A stretch of DNA of 63,273 bases, counting the filler, from Octopus bimaculoides (lineage: Eukaryota), in NCBI RefSeq assembly GCF_001194135.2. It is 5 parts of 5 records of this genome, joined end to end, with 100 filler letters (N's around TTAATTAATTAA, not from the genome) between each part and the next. Parts side by side here need not be neighbours in the genome. Positions count along the whole stretch, not along the records: positions 29,807 to 39,889 come from NC_068996.1; positions 39,990 to 55,576 come from NC_068988.1; 3 more parts are not named here. One strand, 5' to 3'. Within the stretch, counting starts at the first letter, position 1; every line of letters begins with the position of its first letter. Positions 36,442 through 48,202 of this stretch are shown here, in pieces. Under the pieces are notes generated by a model. The model saw nothing but the letters and a program-made list of their open reading frames with translations, searched no databases and was not told the origin of the DNA. Both the position numbers and the translations under genes were made by a program.

Positions 36442-37659
36442 GGGTGCGTAAGTACTTGAGGACAATTTATGTTTATGAAAAACAGATATATAATAACAGA
36501 TAATAACTTTATTTATCCAAAAATGCTATGAAGATAAAAATAAACATTCTTCTCTATAATGTTATTCAATGAAGCCACCTTCAGCTTCAACAACTGCTTC
36601 TATATGAGAGCTAAATCATCTACATGCTCGAATCAAATGATCCTGGTTCATTTTGGACATTACTCTGACTATGTTAACTTTCAAAGAATCTTTGGTGTTA
36701 TGGGCGTGTTCATTGACCCCTCTCTCAACAATGCTCCACATATAATAGTTCAGTGGAATTGCGGAATTAGGAGGCCAAATGTCAGGGGTTATATGATCAA
36801 CAAAATTTTCGGCCATCCATTCCTGTGCTACTAGAGCCAAATGTGATAATGCACAATCTTACTGAAACACATATGGCCTTCCATTATCTATCTAGAGTTT
36901 AACAATTATTTCCAGGACCTTAATGTTGGCAGCAGCGATAATTCTAAGACCGTGTGGAAAGAACTAAGGAGGCATCACATGTCCTTCATTGCGGACAACC
37001 CTTAAGACCATGACTGTTACAAGAAATTTTGTATGCATAACACTTGGATCTTCAGAAGGGTCTGCACACGACCATCTGTTATTTCTTTTGTTAACTTTTT
37101 GATTTTGGTCGAAGTTTTTCTCATTTGAGAAAATCAAATGAAATCTTCTGCTGGATTTTTCAGTTTGTTTAAGGACCTTTTAGATCTGATGTAGTGATTT
37201 TCTTTTGCTTTTTTCTGACAAATTGACCTTTCCTCATCACATAAGACTTATACCTGATGTCTTCGTGGACAACATTTCTAACTGTTTCTTCTGACACATT
37301 GAGATCTTTTGCAATCATGGATTTTCTGGGATTGTAATCAATGGTCCGTTGTACTTGCTGGATAAATTCAAGTGTTCTAATGATTTCAGAGCGTTTAGAA
37401 TGCTTTTTATGCTTTGATACTGGTGATATGTTTCCATCTTCAGTCTTTAGCGCCTTACAAACTTTGTAGAAGAAAGATATGGGTACTTTTAAAAATCAAG
37501 ATATTTCTAAATCGCTATGCTCGGCCTATATAACTACAATAACAGCATGTCTCTTAATTTCTTGAGTAAACTGAGGGTCTGAAACAAAGACTTTACAGAG
37601 TTAGCAAAAAAATGCAGCAATGACCCCAAAAGGTACGTCCTCAAATACCTTACGCACCT
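36442..37659 (-). mobile_element. Full-length but pseudogenised maT (DD37D) Tc1/mariner element
   Basis: TIRs ta|gggtgcgtaagtacttgaggac (left) and gtcctcaaataccttacgcacct|ta (right) with TA flanks. RPYVFQ*DCALSH..EWMAENF..WPPNS..PLNYYMW matches Bmmar1-type transposase. Confidence 0.85.
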
Positions 37660-37877
37660 TATATATNNNNNNNNNNNNNNNNNNNNNNNNNNNNNNNNNN
37701 NNNNNNNNNNNNNNNNNNNNNNNNNNNNNNNNNNNNNNNNNNNNNNNNNNNNNNNNNNNNNNNNNNNNNNNNNNNNNNNNNNNNNNNNNNNNNNNNNNNN
37801 NNNNNNNNNNNNNNNNNNNNNNNNNNNNNNNNNNNNNNNNNNNNNNNNNNNNNNNNNNNNNNNNNNNNNNNNNNNNN

Positions 37878-37940
<63 letters not shown>

Positions 37941-38504
37941 CGTATATTATGTTTATAAACACACACACATATGCACATATATATAAATGTGTGTGTGTGT
38001 GTGCGTGTGTGTGTACCTGAACGTGCGTGGATGTGTATGTGTATGTACATGCATGTGCCCACGGGCGTAGGCGTAGTGAAGAGCTCATTGACAATGGGGT
38101 AAAAAAGGACAAAATTGAAAAGATAATAGTAGAGACAATAAGGCCAGGTAACATGACAATATTGCATTTGCCATGTTGTATATCTGGTAATTGAAGTTTG
38201 TAACGCTTACTATCAGATTTGTACTCAAAATATAAATCTGAAATTTTTGTAAAATGCCGGTATATTGGTAAATACTTTATATGAAATTAGTACAGTGACC
38301 ATAAAGTTGTAATTGTACATTTATGTATTGTAACAGTGGTGCATGTATGCAGAAGTGTTGAACATCGCACATGCTCTTTTAAAATATAAATAATCCAACT
38401 CGAGCACGAGAATGTTCTGCAATTTCTTGCGATAGGATCAGCACAGATAATTTGTTTGCAATAATTAAATGTATGTGCTGCACATTAATTCACTCACTCC
38501 ATCA

Positions 38505-38670
38505 AATCGACATTTCCTGAATAGGTGCACGATGTATTACAGGTCAGGTGTCGAAGTGATCGCAGTGCAGCGTGAGATAAAGTGCTTTGTTAAAACAACA
38601 CAACGCACCACCCGGTATAGGCATTGAAATCATTATCTCGCGATCCTGAATGCAAGAACTTAGCATCTTA
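38505..38670 (-). mobile_element. SINE family C copy (degenerate)
   Basis: The minus strand has a tRNA-like head followed by gttgtgttttaacaaagcactttatctcacgctgcactgcgatcacttcgac; related to the 50660 copy. Confidence 0.55.
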
Positions 38671-39574
38671 TCCATGCACCCTGACTCTATTTCACCTTAC
38701 AGAATAATAAACGTGATATCTTTCTATCAAACTCTTAAGACTTATATATCATTTATATTTATTTTGTTATTTTATTTTTTCCATTATCCATTTTCGATGT
38801 TTCCCGTTGAACCGGGTAGCTCTTTTTATACAATAAAACTGTGTTTTATTATATGCAACTTATTTCTTTAGATGCACCATTTAAAGCCCGTTTTTGATTT
38901 CATCTAACTCGATTTTCCCCAGTATTCTGTGAATACTCGAAACGGAAGTAAACAGAACTTTTACTGTGTAGTTACTTACAGAACAGAGGGATTCCATTAG
39001 TTGTTATGGAACTGATGATTCATTCTTGATTCAAAAACTGATATTATGATAACTAGGTAAAACGATGTATTAATACGGACTGGCAGACAAACAGATACAC
39101 ATACATATATTTATATGCATATATAATCATGTGTCTGTGCTTATGTGTGTGTGTGTGTGCGTATATTAGTATTTGTGTGTATGTGTGCGTGTGAATGTGT
39201 GTTAACGTGAAGGCGTGTGGACTATTCGTTAGAGCGTTAGAGTCATATGAGTCAAGTATGGGTTCCCAGATCGAGCGGCAAGGTACTTCCATTAACGATT
39301 CACCAATGAGCCAGACGGAAAATGAGCACCACCAGTGGCTGGAGTGGAGTGGGAAAACAGTAAGGGACAGACCTCCAAAGTCCAGAAAAACACCGGTCGA
39401 ATCCGTGACACGGTTGTGTGCGTGCGTGTATGTAGGTGTGTTTGTTAATTTCATACATACATACACACACGCATACACGTGCACTGCTCTTATGTTTGTA
39501 ATGTAAAAATCTACATACATACGCACCTACCCAATTAACTAACATTTTTTGTCATCTTCTTGCTTACATATGTA

Positions 39575-39840
39575 TATGTGGAAAAAGTGGAAGCGGATTG
39601 GTAGCACAATTAGAAAGGACACGCCAAATGTAGCGAAAAGTGCTTTACAGTGGAATCCGGATGGATATAGAAAGAAGGGTAGGCCTAAGAACTCGTGGCG
39701 TAGATCAACACAAAAGGAACTAGAGAAGGGGAGACATTCATGGCAGAATATAAGTACAGAAGCGAAAGGTTATGTGACATGGAATTCAATTATAAGTGGC
39801 CTATACTCCGCGTTGGAGGGTTAAAAGCAAGAAGAAGAAA
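39575..39840 (+). mobile_element. RTE-type LINE 3' end
   Basis: KWKRIGSTIRK..AKSALQWNPDGYRKKGRPKNSWRR..W..IISGLY, followed by an (AAG)n tail. Confidence 0.85.
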
Positions 39841-39889
39841 TATGTATATTTATATGTATATATATATATATATACAAATATATATATAT

Positions 39890-39989
39890 NNNNNNNNNNN
39901 NNNNNNNNNNNNNNNNNNNNNNNNNNNNNNNNNTTAATTAATTAANNNNNNNNNNNNNNNNNNNNNNNNNNNNNNNNNNNNNNNNNNNN
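39890..39989. other. Artificial 100-bp scaffold linker
   Basis: N44-TTAATTAATTAA-N44. Confidence 0.95.
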
Positions 39990-40515
39990 GGCAGGGCATT
40001 AAAGAGCTGAGGTCCTCTGAAACCTAGGCTGTTGCAGTACCTTATTCTTATGTGAGATGCAGTGGACGGTACCCTTGGTACCATGCAGTGGCGACCTGTG
40101 TGGGCATTCGTGTAGTACTTGATGCCAAAGTTTGGTACCAGTCCTTCCAGTATTTTCCATATGTATATTATTACATATCTCTCCCGCCTGCGCTCCAGGG
40201 AGTAGAGACCTAGTGCCTTCAGTTGCTCCCTGTAGTTCATCTGTTGGACTGTGGCGATCTTTTTTGTATAGTGACGCTGAATTGCCTCGAGTTCTGCTGT
40301 CTGCTTGACACTGTGTGATGACCACAACTGAGAGCAATAATCTAGGCAGCTCAGGACAAATGTCTTCCATAGAGTCAACATGACTTTTTGATCTCTTGTT
40401 CGGAATGTCCTCAGTATCCACCCTGCCAGCTGTCTGCACTTTGCTGTCAACTTGACAATGTGCATGTGAAATGATGCATCACTACACATGTTGATGCCCA
40501 GGTCTCTCACGGCTT
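39990..40515 (-). mobile_element. CR1-clade LINE ORF2 3' fragment (open frame)
   Basis: RDLGI..FHMHI..GWILRTF..LWKTFV..LDYCSQLWS..LEAIQRHYTK..YREQLKALGLYSLERRRERY..GPQLFNAL. Confidence 0.9.
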
Positions 40516-41343
40516 GTGGTTCTGGGATTGCAGTACCTCCAGGTCCTGTGTATGCCAGCTGGGGGGCACTTTGGCCTTGTAGTGCATTACTTGAAATTTT
40601 TTTGCATTGAACTGCATATTATTTTGCTCTGTCTTTCTATCTGTTTCATCATTTCCTTGGTTTCAAAGCTATTTGCTTCCAAAAGAAAAAGAAAGTACCA
40701 AAATAAGGAAAACAAAACAAAAATAATAACATTAATAATTGTAATAATGATAATAACAAAGTAATAAAATGTTTTGGTGCTATGATGTTAAGAAGATAAA
40801 TGATTGAAGAAAAGTGTTTGGTACTAAAGAGGAAGAAATGGAATGCCACATTTGTTAAGTATCAAGGAAGTAAGAATATTTTAGCATAGATACAAAATCT
40901 CTTGGAGAGGAACAATGGTTGTAAAGATGGAATTAAGAAAATTGTTGAGTTAAAAGTGTTTACAATCACATAATTACAAACTTATTGCGATATCGTGACA
41001 CACCAACATACACACGCACATTCATACACGCATACATATACGTACCTGTATTTACATACCAACACACACACACACACACACACTCATGCACACATACACA
41101 CACACTCATACACTCATGCACACACTCACACACTCATGCATACACACATACACAAACACATTTGTGAACGCGCGCACACACACATGCACACACTCACAAG
41201 GATTACTAATGACAATTAGAAGTAATAGACAAAGTTATTAACAATTTAAAATTTAATCCTGTTCTAAAGAAATTTGGTGAGAAAACAGATATACATGAGT
41301 GTGTGTATGTGTGTGCGCGTGCATGCACTTGAATTTATGTTTG

Positions 41344-41393
<50 letters not shown>

Positions 41394-41399
41394 ATGCTT

Positions 41400-42310
41400 G
41401 CTTCATCTTGAGAGATGATAGCCGTCCCATCAACACACACACCGCACCCCATCACACAGTACAATCACTCCGTTGATGAGCCCTTAGATGACTTTTAAGA
41501 CCAGCTGCTGACTGACAGGGCTTAAAAGACAAGTGACAGATTTTATTCAACTTTCTTTGCCCTTTGGAATCTGATTCTGAAGGAAAGTTTTTGTGAACTA
41601 GCATATGTCTTTTAAGTCCAGATATTGTCTTACAAGTTCCTTGTCATATGACACAAGTCGTAAGAGGTGGCTGGTGTCCAAGATCATTACTTATCTGGGC
41701 ATTATGATTTTCATGTGACTTCATATGCTTTTGACAGCATAACACAGTCACTTATAATACATATCCAATTGTTCCTTTGCGGCAGGCCCTTTTAAGTTCA
41801 GAGTGCTGAATCATCTTTTCCTCCCAAGCATTGCAACTAGTCCTAACAGCACCTCACCACTTTTTCCGATCTAGAGCATCATTTTCCCAATCACTTTTGT
41901 TCATATCTAGTTTCTTCAGGTTTTCCTTCACACAGTCTTTATACCTTTTCTCAGCTAATGTTGTGATCATTTACCAGAGTTGAGCTCACCTTAAAAAAGA
42001 CGCTTTGGGCAAACGCTCGTCTTTCATTCTAATAACATGTCCAGTCCATCTCATTTGAGCCAAGATAACATGTTGTTTAATTGAGCTACAATGTGCCATG
42101 TGCAAACCTTCTGTATCTGGTATGAAACATTTCCACTTGACTCCTAAGATACGTCTGAGGCACTTTTGATGAAATCTCTCAGACATTTTTATGTGATGCT
42201 TGTAAGTGGTCCACGTTGCACTTGAATAAAGAATGCAAACAATACACACGCTTTATAGACACTGATTTTCTCTGCAGGGAAATACCTCTATCCTCCCATA
42301 CTCACTGCAT
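41400..42310 (-). mobile_element. RTE (BovB-like) LINE 3' end with C-terminal C2H2 zinc fingers
   Basis: TWTTYKHHIK..ERFHQKCLRRIL..QMRWTGHVIRMKDERLPK, KRYKDCVKENLK..W..DR..W, then CVI*QGTCKTISGLKRHMLVH and CHLSFKPCQSAAGLKSHLRAH. (TG)n tail. Confidence 0.85.
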
Positions 42311-42599
42311 CACCCGCATACAAACCAAAACAAAACAAAGAACATTTTGTATAAAAAACCCATTTTTCTGTATCAACAAAAAGCATTTTTTATGAACATT
42401 ATTCTGCTAATTGATTTGACTGAACATTTTACCAATGAACTTCTTCCATGAGCATTTTCATTTTTCTGTAAAATTACATTTCGTTGCATGTACATGTTTT
42501 GCTTTGTTTTCAAAATGTTTTGCTCTCTACATAACACCTGTATGCTTACACACACATGCACCACTCATATTTTAATGTGCGCTATCAATTGTTCTCCGC

Positions 42600-42830
42600 G
42601 CCACTGTGTATGTTTATGTATCTGTGTTTGTCCCCACAACATCGCTTGACAACCAATGCTGGTGTGTTTATGTCCCCGTAACTTAGCGGTTTGGCAAAAG
42701 AGACCGATAGAATAAGTACTAGGCTTACAAAGAATAAGTCCTGGGATCAATTTACTCGACTAAAGGCAGTGCTCCAGCATGGCTGCAGTCAAATGACTGA
42801 AACAAATAAAAGAATAAAAGAATATAAAAT
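42600..42830 (+). mobile_element. SINE family B, 3' half
   Basis: catcgcttgacaacc..gtccccgtaacttagcggtttggcaaaagagaccgatagaataagtactaggcttacaaagaataagtcctggg..gtgctccagcatggctgcag. Confidence 0.85.
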
Positions 42831-43009
42831 TTCATTTTAAAAAAACCCATTTTCCTAAAAGTCATGATGGAAAAACTCGGATCTTAGGAATTTTTTGAAA
42901 GTCCCCTCCCCAACCCCTCATTGCTTTGCATCCATTTTTGTTTTCATATTCATTTCATACACATTTTTTTACATCTAGTCTTTTTCATTCGCAAAAAGAG
43001 CCCCTTTTA

Positions 43010-43200
43010 ATTTTCAATTATGGTGTATCGAAGCAACTCTGAATTTTGATTACGATCAACCAATTACTTTATCTCATAAATGAAAGAATCTGATGTTATT
43101 TGGAATTAAAGTTGGGAAATTTGGATAATTTTAGCCAATCAACAGACAGCTTGGCATCAGAAGCTTGTTACCCTGACAACCGCATGTTGTGTTGTGGTTG
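43010..43200 (-). repeat. About 180-bp module shared with the Helitron 5' region (24400-24570)
   Basis: The reverse complement shares tgcggttgtca, gctgtctg, ttaattccaaataacatcagattct, atcaaaattcaga and tcgatac. Confidence 0.75.
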
Positions 43201-43487
43201 ACTTCACTGTTGTCTGTGCTGCATGTTGTTCTATGTTGATTTTTCACACTTGATTCTTCAGATCATGAGATTCTTTTCACCTGTGTGTTTTGTTTTAATT
43301 TTTCTGTGTTAGTATATTACATCTTTTTCTGTGCTTCTGTGTGTTAGTATTTTTCTGTGCCTTTTTTGTGTTAGTATTTTTATATATTGTTCATTTCATA
43401 TATATTCAAGGACCCATTGATTCAGATAGCTGGATTTATGATTTCACTAGGTTAATTCTATTCATAAAAATTTGAATTTGGAGTTAA

Positions 43488-45790
43488 CATGTTGTTTAAT
43501 TGAGCTACAATGTATCTGGTATGAAACATTCCCACTTGGCTCCTAAGATACATCTGAGGCACTTTTGATGAAATCTCTCAGGCATTTTTATGTGATGCTT
43601 GTAAGTGGTCCATGTCTCACTTGAATAAAGAAGTGCAGACAATACACAAGCTTTACAGACACTGATTTTTGTCTGCAGGGAAATACCTCTATCCACCCAT
43701 ACTCACTTTTTGAACTTTCCAAATGCAACAGTTACCTTCTCTATTTGATAGTATATCTTTGCATCAAGACTACCATCTCTTGACAGTGTGCTTCCTAGGT
43801 AAACAGAGGTGTCAACGACTTCTAACTTTGTTCCATTCACAAAAATGTTTGGTTCCGAATATATTTGTCCTGGCATGGGAGTAAGCATTACTTTGGTTTT
43901 CCCCAAACTAATTGTGAGTCCGAAATGTACACGTGCAGTGAAAAATCTGTCCATTATATGTTGCATATCCCCCTCTGAGTGTGCCACAAATCAGCATCAT
44001 CAGCATAAAGTAATTCTCTAACAAGTATTTTGAAAGTCTTTGCTTTGTAGTTAAACTGGGTCAAATTAAAAATATGACCAGATGTCTGAAATCTGATTCC
44101 AACTCCCCTGTTGCAATCCTTGAAAGCATACCAAAGTAATGCAGCAAAATAAATAGAGAAAAGTGTAGGGGCAGGAATATCCCCCTGTTTGACACCATTG
44201 TCTACCGAAAATTCATGAGATAGATCACCATTAAAGACTACCTGAGCTTTCCTGTTTCTGTGTGGTTCCTTAAAAGTGCTCACAAAATGTGTTGGACAAC
44301 CAAGTTTACACAAAACAATCCACAGTACCTTCCTGTTTACCATGTCAAATGCCTTAGTTAAATCTATGAAGACATGGTATAGTGGTATTTGTTCCTCTAA
44401 GCATTTCTCTTGAACCTGCCTCACAGAAAATATCATGTCCATTGTTCCTCGCTCAGGTCTGAAATCACACTGTTCTTCAGGAATCACATGTGGATACACA
44501 TTGTCAACAAGACGATCTGACATGATTCTTGAAAGTATCTTCCCGGTATGTGCCAGAAGAGTTATCCCTCTAGAATTACCACACACTGCTTTCAGGCCCT
44601 TACCCTTGATACAGAGATTAGAAAGCCATTTATCCATTCTTGTGGCACAGAAGATTCATTCCAAACTCGAGTTACCAGGTTATGAATTTCAGGTGAAATA
44701 TGATCCCCACCTGCTTTCAGAATTTCAACTGGAATACCATCCAATCCAGGAGCTTTACCTGATTTCAGTTTACATAATGCTAAATTTACTTCTTCAATGG
44801 ATGGTGTATCATCCATGTGTTGCACTATCTCTCTTTGCAGAATGTTGTTTATGATATCCATGTTCACTACAGACAGATTAGGAAAAAGATCTGCAAAGCG
44901 TTCTCTCCATCTATTGATTATTTCAGGAGGATCTTTAATAAACTCATTTCCATCTTTCAACTTTGAGGGAACATATGATGATGAAGATTGTGGTCCAAAA
45001 GCTTGCCGCAATAAACTATAGAAACTTTTAATGTAGGTCTTGTCATAGGCTGCCTGTACTTCCTCAGACAAATTTCTTCACCAAGTGTCTTTAAGCCTCC
45101 TGAGTTTTTTTTGCAAGTCTGCTTTCTGATACTTGTACAACTTTTCTAGTTGCACTTTGTTCTTAATGTTTGGGTCAAGAAGCTTTTCACGAGTGGACCT
45201 CTTTGTTGCTAAAAGCACATGTATCCCTGTATCATTGGAATCAAACCAATATTGGCATTGTCTCTTCTTAAAACCTAACACCACTGATCCTATTTTATAT
45301 GTTCCATCATGGAAAGATTGCCATGAACATTGCTGCATATCTTCTGAAACAACTGTAAAACTTGTTGTGTTAGCTGCTCTACATCAATTTTCTCTGATAC
45401 TCATACACCTGCACTACGAATCTTCGTACGCACACTGAACTTGAATTTGGCCCTAACTATTTTGTGACCAGTATCACAGTCAGCACCTCGCAATACCTTG
45501 AGACTTCACAAATCTTGTAAGTCAGTTTTCTGAGTTAATAGAAAGTCAATCATGTGACCTTGCTTTGATCTTGGGTGAATCCAGGCAACTTTATGTTTCA
45601 TCTTATGAAAGTATTATGATGAAAGGTATAAAACTGTAAATGCAAATAATTGACTTGAGTTGATGTGGGACAAATTGTTCTGATTCCTTGGATCACTTTA
45701 ATGCATTCTGATTCTGATTTACCCTCCACATTACAAAGACGCAAATTTCTAATAAGACCAGCTTTTGCAATTTCCATAAACAAAAGCTAA
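43488..45790 (-). mobile_element. Degenerate RTE (BovB-like) LINE: endonuclease C-terminus and RT
   Basis: TWIHPRSKQGHMIDF, LKSGKAPGLDGIPVE, CGNSRGITLL..GKILSRI, EQCDFRPERGTMDMIF, FIDLTKAFDMVNR, GVKQGDIPAPTLF, LLYADDA and YLGSTLS. Confidence 0.95.
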
Positions 45791-46088
45791 GGACAGAGTC
45801 TGTCTAAATGTGGCTTTTACTTACCAAATCTAGCTTTCACTCACAGTCAATTATACATTGCTGTAAGCAGGGTTGGCAACCCAGATAAGATAAGAATTTA
45901 TGCTGACCAAAATGAGTTCCTCAATTACAATTCAAATCTAAGATGTTGGGACTCTCATGATATACAGAAACTAATTAGAAATGTTGTATATACTGAAGTT
46001 GTCTCAATGTAAAAACCTCCCTGTATATATTAAGATTAAATTGTACATGTAATATTTATTTGTTATATGGACATTTGCAAATTAATTA

Positions 46089-47035
46089 CAGTGGTGGGAC
46101 AAAATAATGGAAAGACCTTTAAATTTCAAACAAATTTATTTTAATATAGAGTAGGACTGCCTTTGGCAGTAATTACAGCTTGAATTCTATGAGGTATGGA
46201 CTCGTACAAAGTTTGAATTGTTTCCAAAGGAACTTTTGTCCATTCTTCAGCTAAAACAGTCTTCAGTTCTCGTAGTGATGATGGTGGAGGATATCAAATC
46301 CTTACTTGTTTTTCTAAAATGCACCATAAATGTTCAATAATATTGAGATCTGGGGAGTATGGTGGCCAAATAAGATGTTCAACTTCACTAGAATATTCCT
46401 CGTGCCATTCAGTAACAACTTTAGCTGTGTGAATTGGTGCATTATCATTCTGAAAGATTGTGTTTCCTTCCGGAAACAGATGAATTTGATCAGATAAAAT
46501 GCTTAAATAGTCTTGACTATTAATTCTGCTACGATGGGAAACCATTGGACTGGCGGATTCCCAAGATATAGTCCTACCAGATAATCACAGATCCTCCTCC
46601 TTGTTTAACCGTTGGAAGAAGGTAGTCTGGGTCAAATACTTCTTTTGGCTGTCTCCACATGTATACTCAGCTGGTGGTCGGAAAAAAGGTAAAGGATGAC
46701 TTGTCTGATAAAATAACATTCTTCCACTGCTCTAGGGACCAATTCTGTAGGTTTTTATTCCACTCTAAACCCTCTGCAATGTTTGTTTTTGAAAGTAGTG
46801 GCTTTCTGATTGCAGCCCTCCCATGAAATCCGGCTTTGCGCAGCTCCTGGCGAACAGTTTTTGTAGAAACTGGGTTCTCGAGGTGGTCATTAAGCTCTGC
46901 AGTAATTTTGGGAGCTGTACTTTAGTGATCCTTTTTAACAATTTGCGTAAGAATCCGATGGTCCCTATCTGAAAGTTTTGGTTTTCTTCCAGAGTTTTGT
47001 TTCGATGAGATTTTTCCCTCTTTTCCAAAAGCTGT
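46089..47035 (-). mobile_element. Tc1-like transposon, 5'-truncated, DD36E spacing
   Basis: TIR ta|cagtggtggg at 46087. Frames read RAAIRKPLLS, WKNVILSDKSSF, PTVKQGGGSVIIW and FQNDNAPIH..WPPYSPDLNIIEHLW, with 36 residues between the second D and E. Confidence 0.9.
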
Positions 47036-47099
47036 CATTAAGGATCATCATCGGTGACAAGAGTTGGGTCAACAGGTATGACCCTGAGGCAGAGCAGCA

Positions 47100-47712
47100 G
47101 TCATGACAATGGAAGAGCCCTTCATTTTCATGACTGAAGAAAGCATAACAGACACATCACTCAATCAAGAGCATGCTCATAATTTTTTTCGACATTTGTG
47201 GTATTGGGCCCCAAGAATTCATCCCCTCAGGGCCTGACTGTGAATCAAGAGTTCTACTGTGGTACTTTAAATCATTTGAGGGAGGACATGCAGTGAAAGT
47301 GACTAGATCTGTGGTGTGCGAAGAATTGGATTCTTCATGACAACAATGCATCCTGTTACAAAGCTCTCCTCACTCATGAGTTTCTCACCCAAAACAACAG
47401 GGTATTGCTTCCGCACCCACCCTATTCACCAGATTTAACATCTGTGGACTTTCACCTCTTCTCCAAGATGAAAATGCAGTTCGAAGGTCACTGTTTTAAC
47501 ACCATTGTTGAGATCCAGAGTGAATTGCAGAAGGTCTTTGACTTGCTCACAGAAAACAACTTCCAGGACAGATTCCAAAAGTGGCAGGAATGCTGAGACC
47601 GGTATATTGCTGCGCAAAGTGACTATTTTGAAGGATATGATGTTAAAACTTATGTAAATAAGTTGTTTTTTATAAAACATAACTGGTCCTAGAATTTTTT
47701 GATACTCCCTCA
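47100..47712 (+). mobile_element. mariner (DD34D) transposon 3' half
   Basis: KSMLIIFFD..TVNQEFYC..WILH..PHPPYSPDLTSVDFHLF..FQKWQEC*DRYI..GDYFEG-like end. TIR tttttgatactccctca|ta. Confidence 0.9.
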
Positions 47713-47734
47713 TAGAAACCAAACCAAAACAAAC

Positions 47735-47830
47735 TATGAAACCTGGTGTGGCCCTGGCTTTGCTAGTTCCTGTCAAGCTGTCCAACCCATGCCAGCATGG
47801 AAAAGGAATGTTAAAATATGATGATGATAT
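47735..47830 (+). mobile_element. SINE/LINE 3' tail fragment
   Basis: ctgtccaacccatgccagcatggaaaa..gttaaa..gatgatgat is an RTE-type tail motif. Confidence 0.5.
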
Positions 47831-47834
47831 ATAC

Positions 47835-47865
<31 letters not shown>

Positions 47866-47989
47866 TGTATATGTACATACATATATATATATATGTAGTG
47901 AAACTACCTATCGCCATTAGATACAAAACTACTATCGCCATTACATACAATCTTCTCATTTAAATATAAATAAATGCGAGCGTAGTAGA

Positions 47990-48202
47990 GAACCCATTCC
48001 TTGTCCATCACGTGACTGATCATTATTCGAATCGGCAACTTCTTCGAACCGTTCCCGCCAGAACGCAAACTGACCAATCACGGCCCCTAATAAGGTCACG
48101 TGATAGAGTAAAATTCTGAAGCCTTCGGGAGCCCATAGTTTGTTATAAATAGCTTTAACTCATACCCAATAATTGGTCTCAGTCTAGTTTCTCTTTGAGA
48201 AC
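47990..48202 (+). promoter_or_regulatory. Putative Pol II promoter (two E-boxes, CCAAT, TATA, Inr)
   Basis: TCACGTGAC 48008-48016, CCAAT 48074-48078, GTCACGTGA 48095-48103, TATAAATA 48144-48151, TCAGT 48179-48183. Locally CpG-rich and not recognised as a repeat. The TATA-Inr distance (about 37 nt) is longer than canonical. Confidence 0.55.

Noticed and set aside
48020-48135. Heat-shock elements in the promoter-like region
   Set aside because: GAA/TTC words are present but not in the canonical nGAAn 5-bp alternating register.
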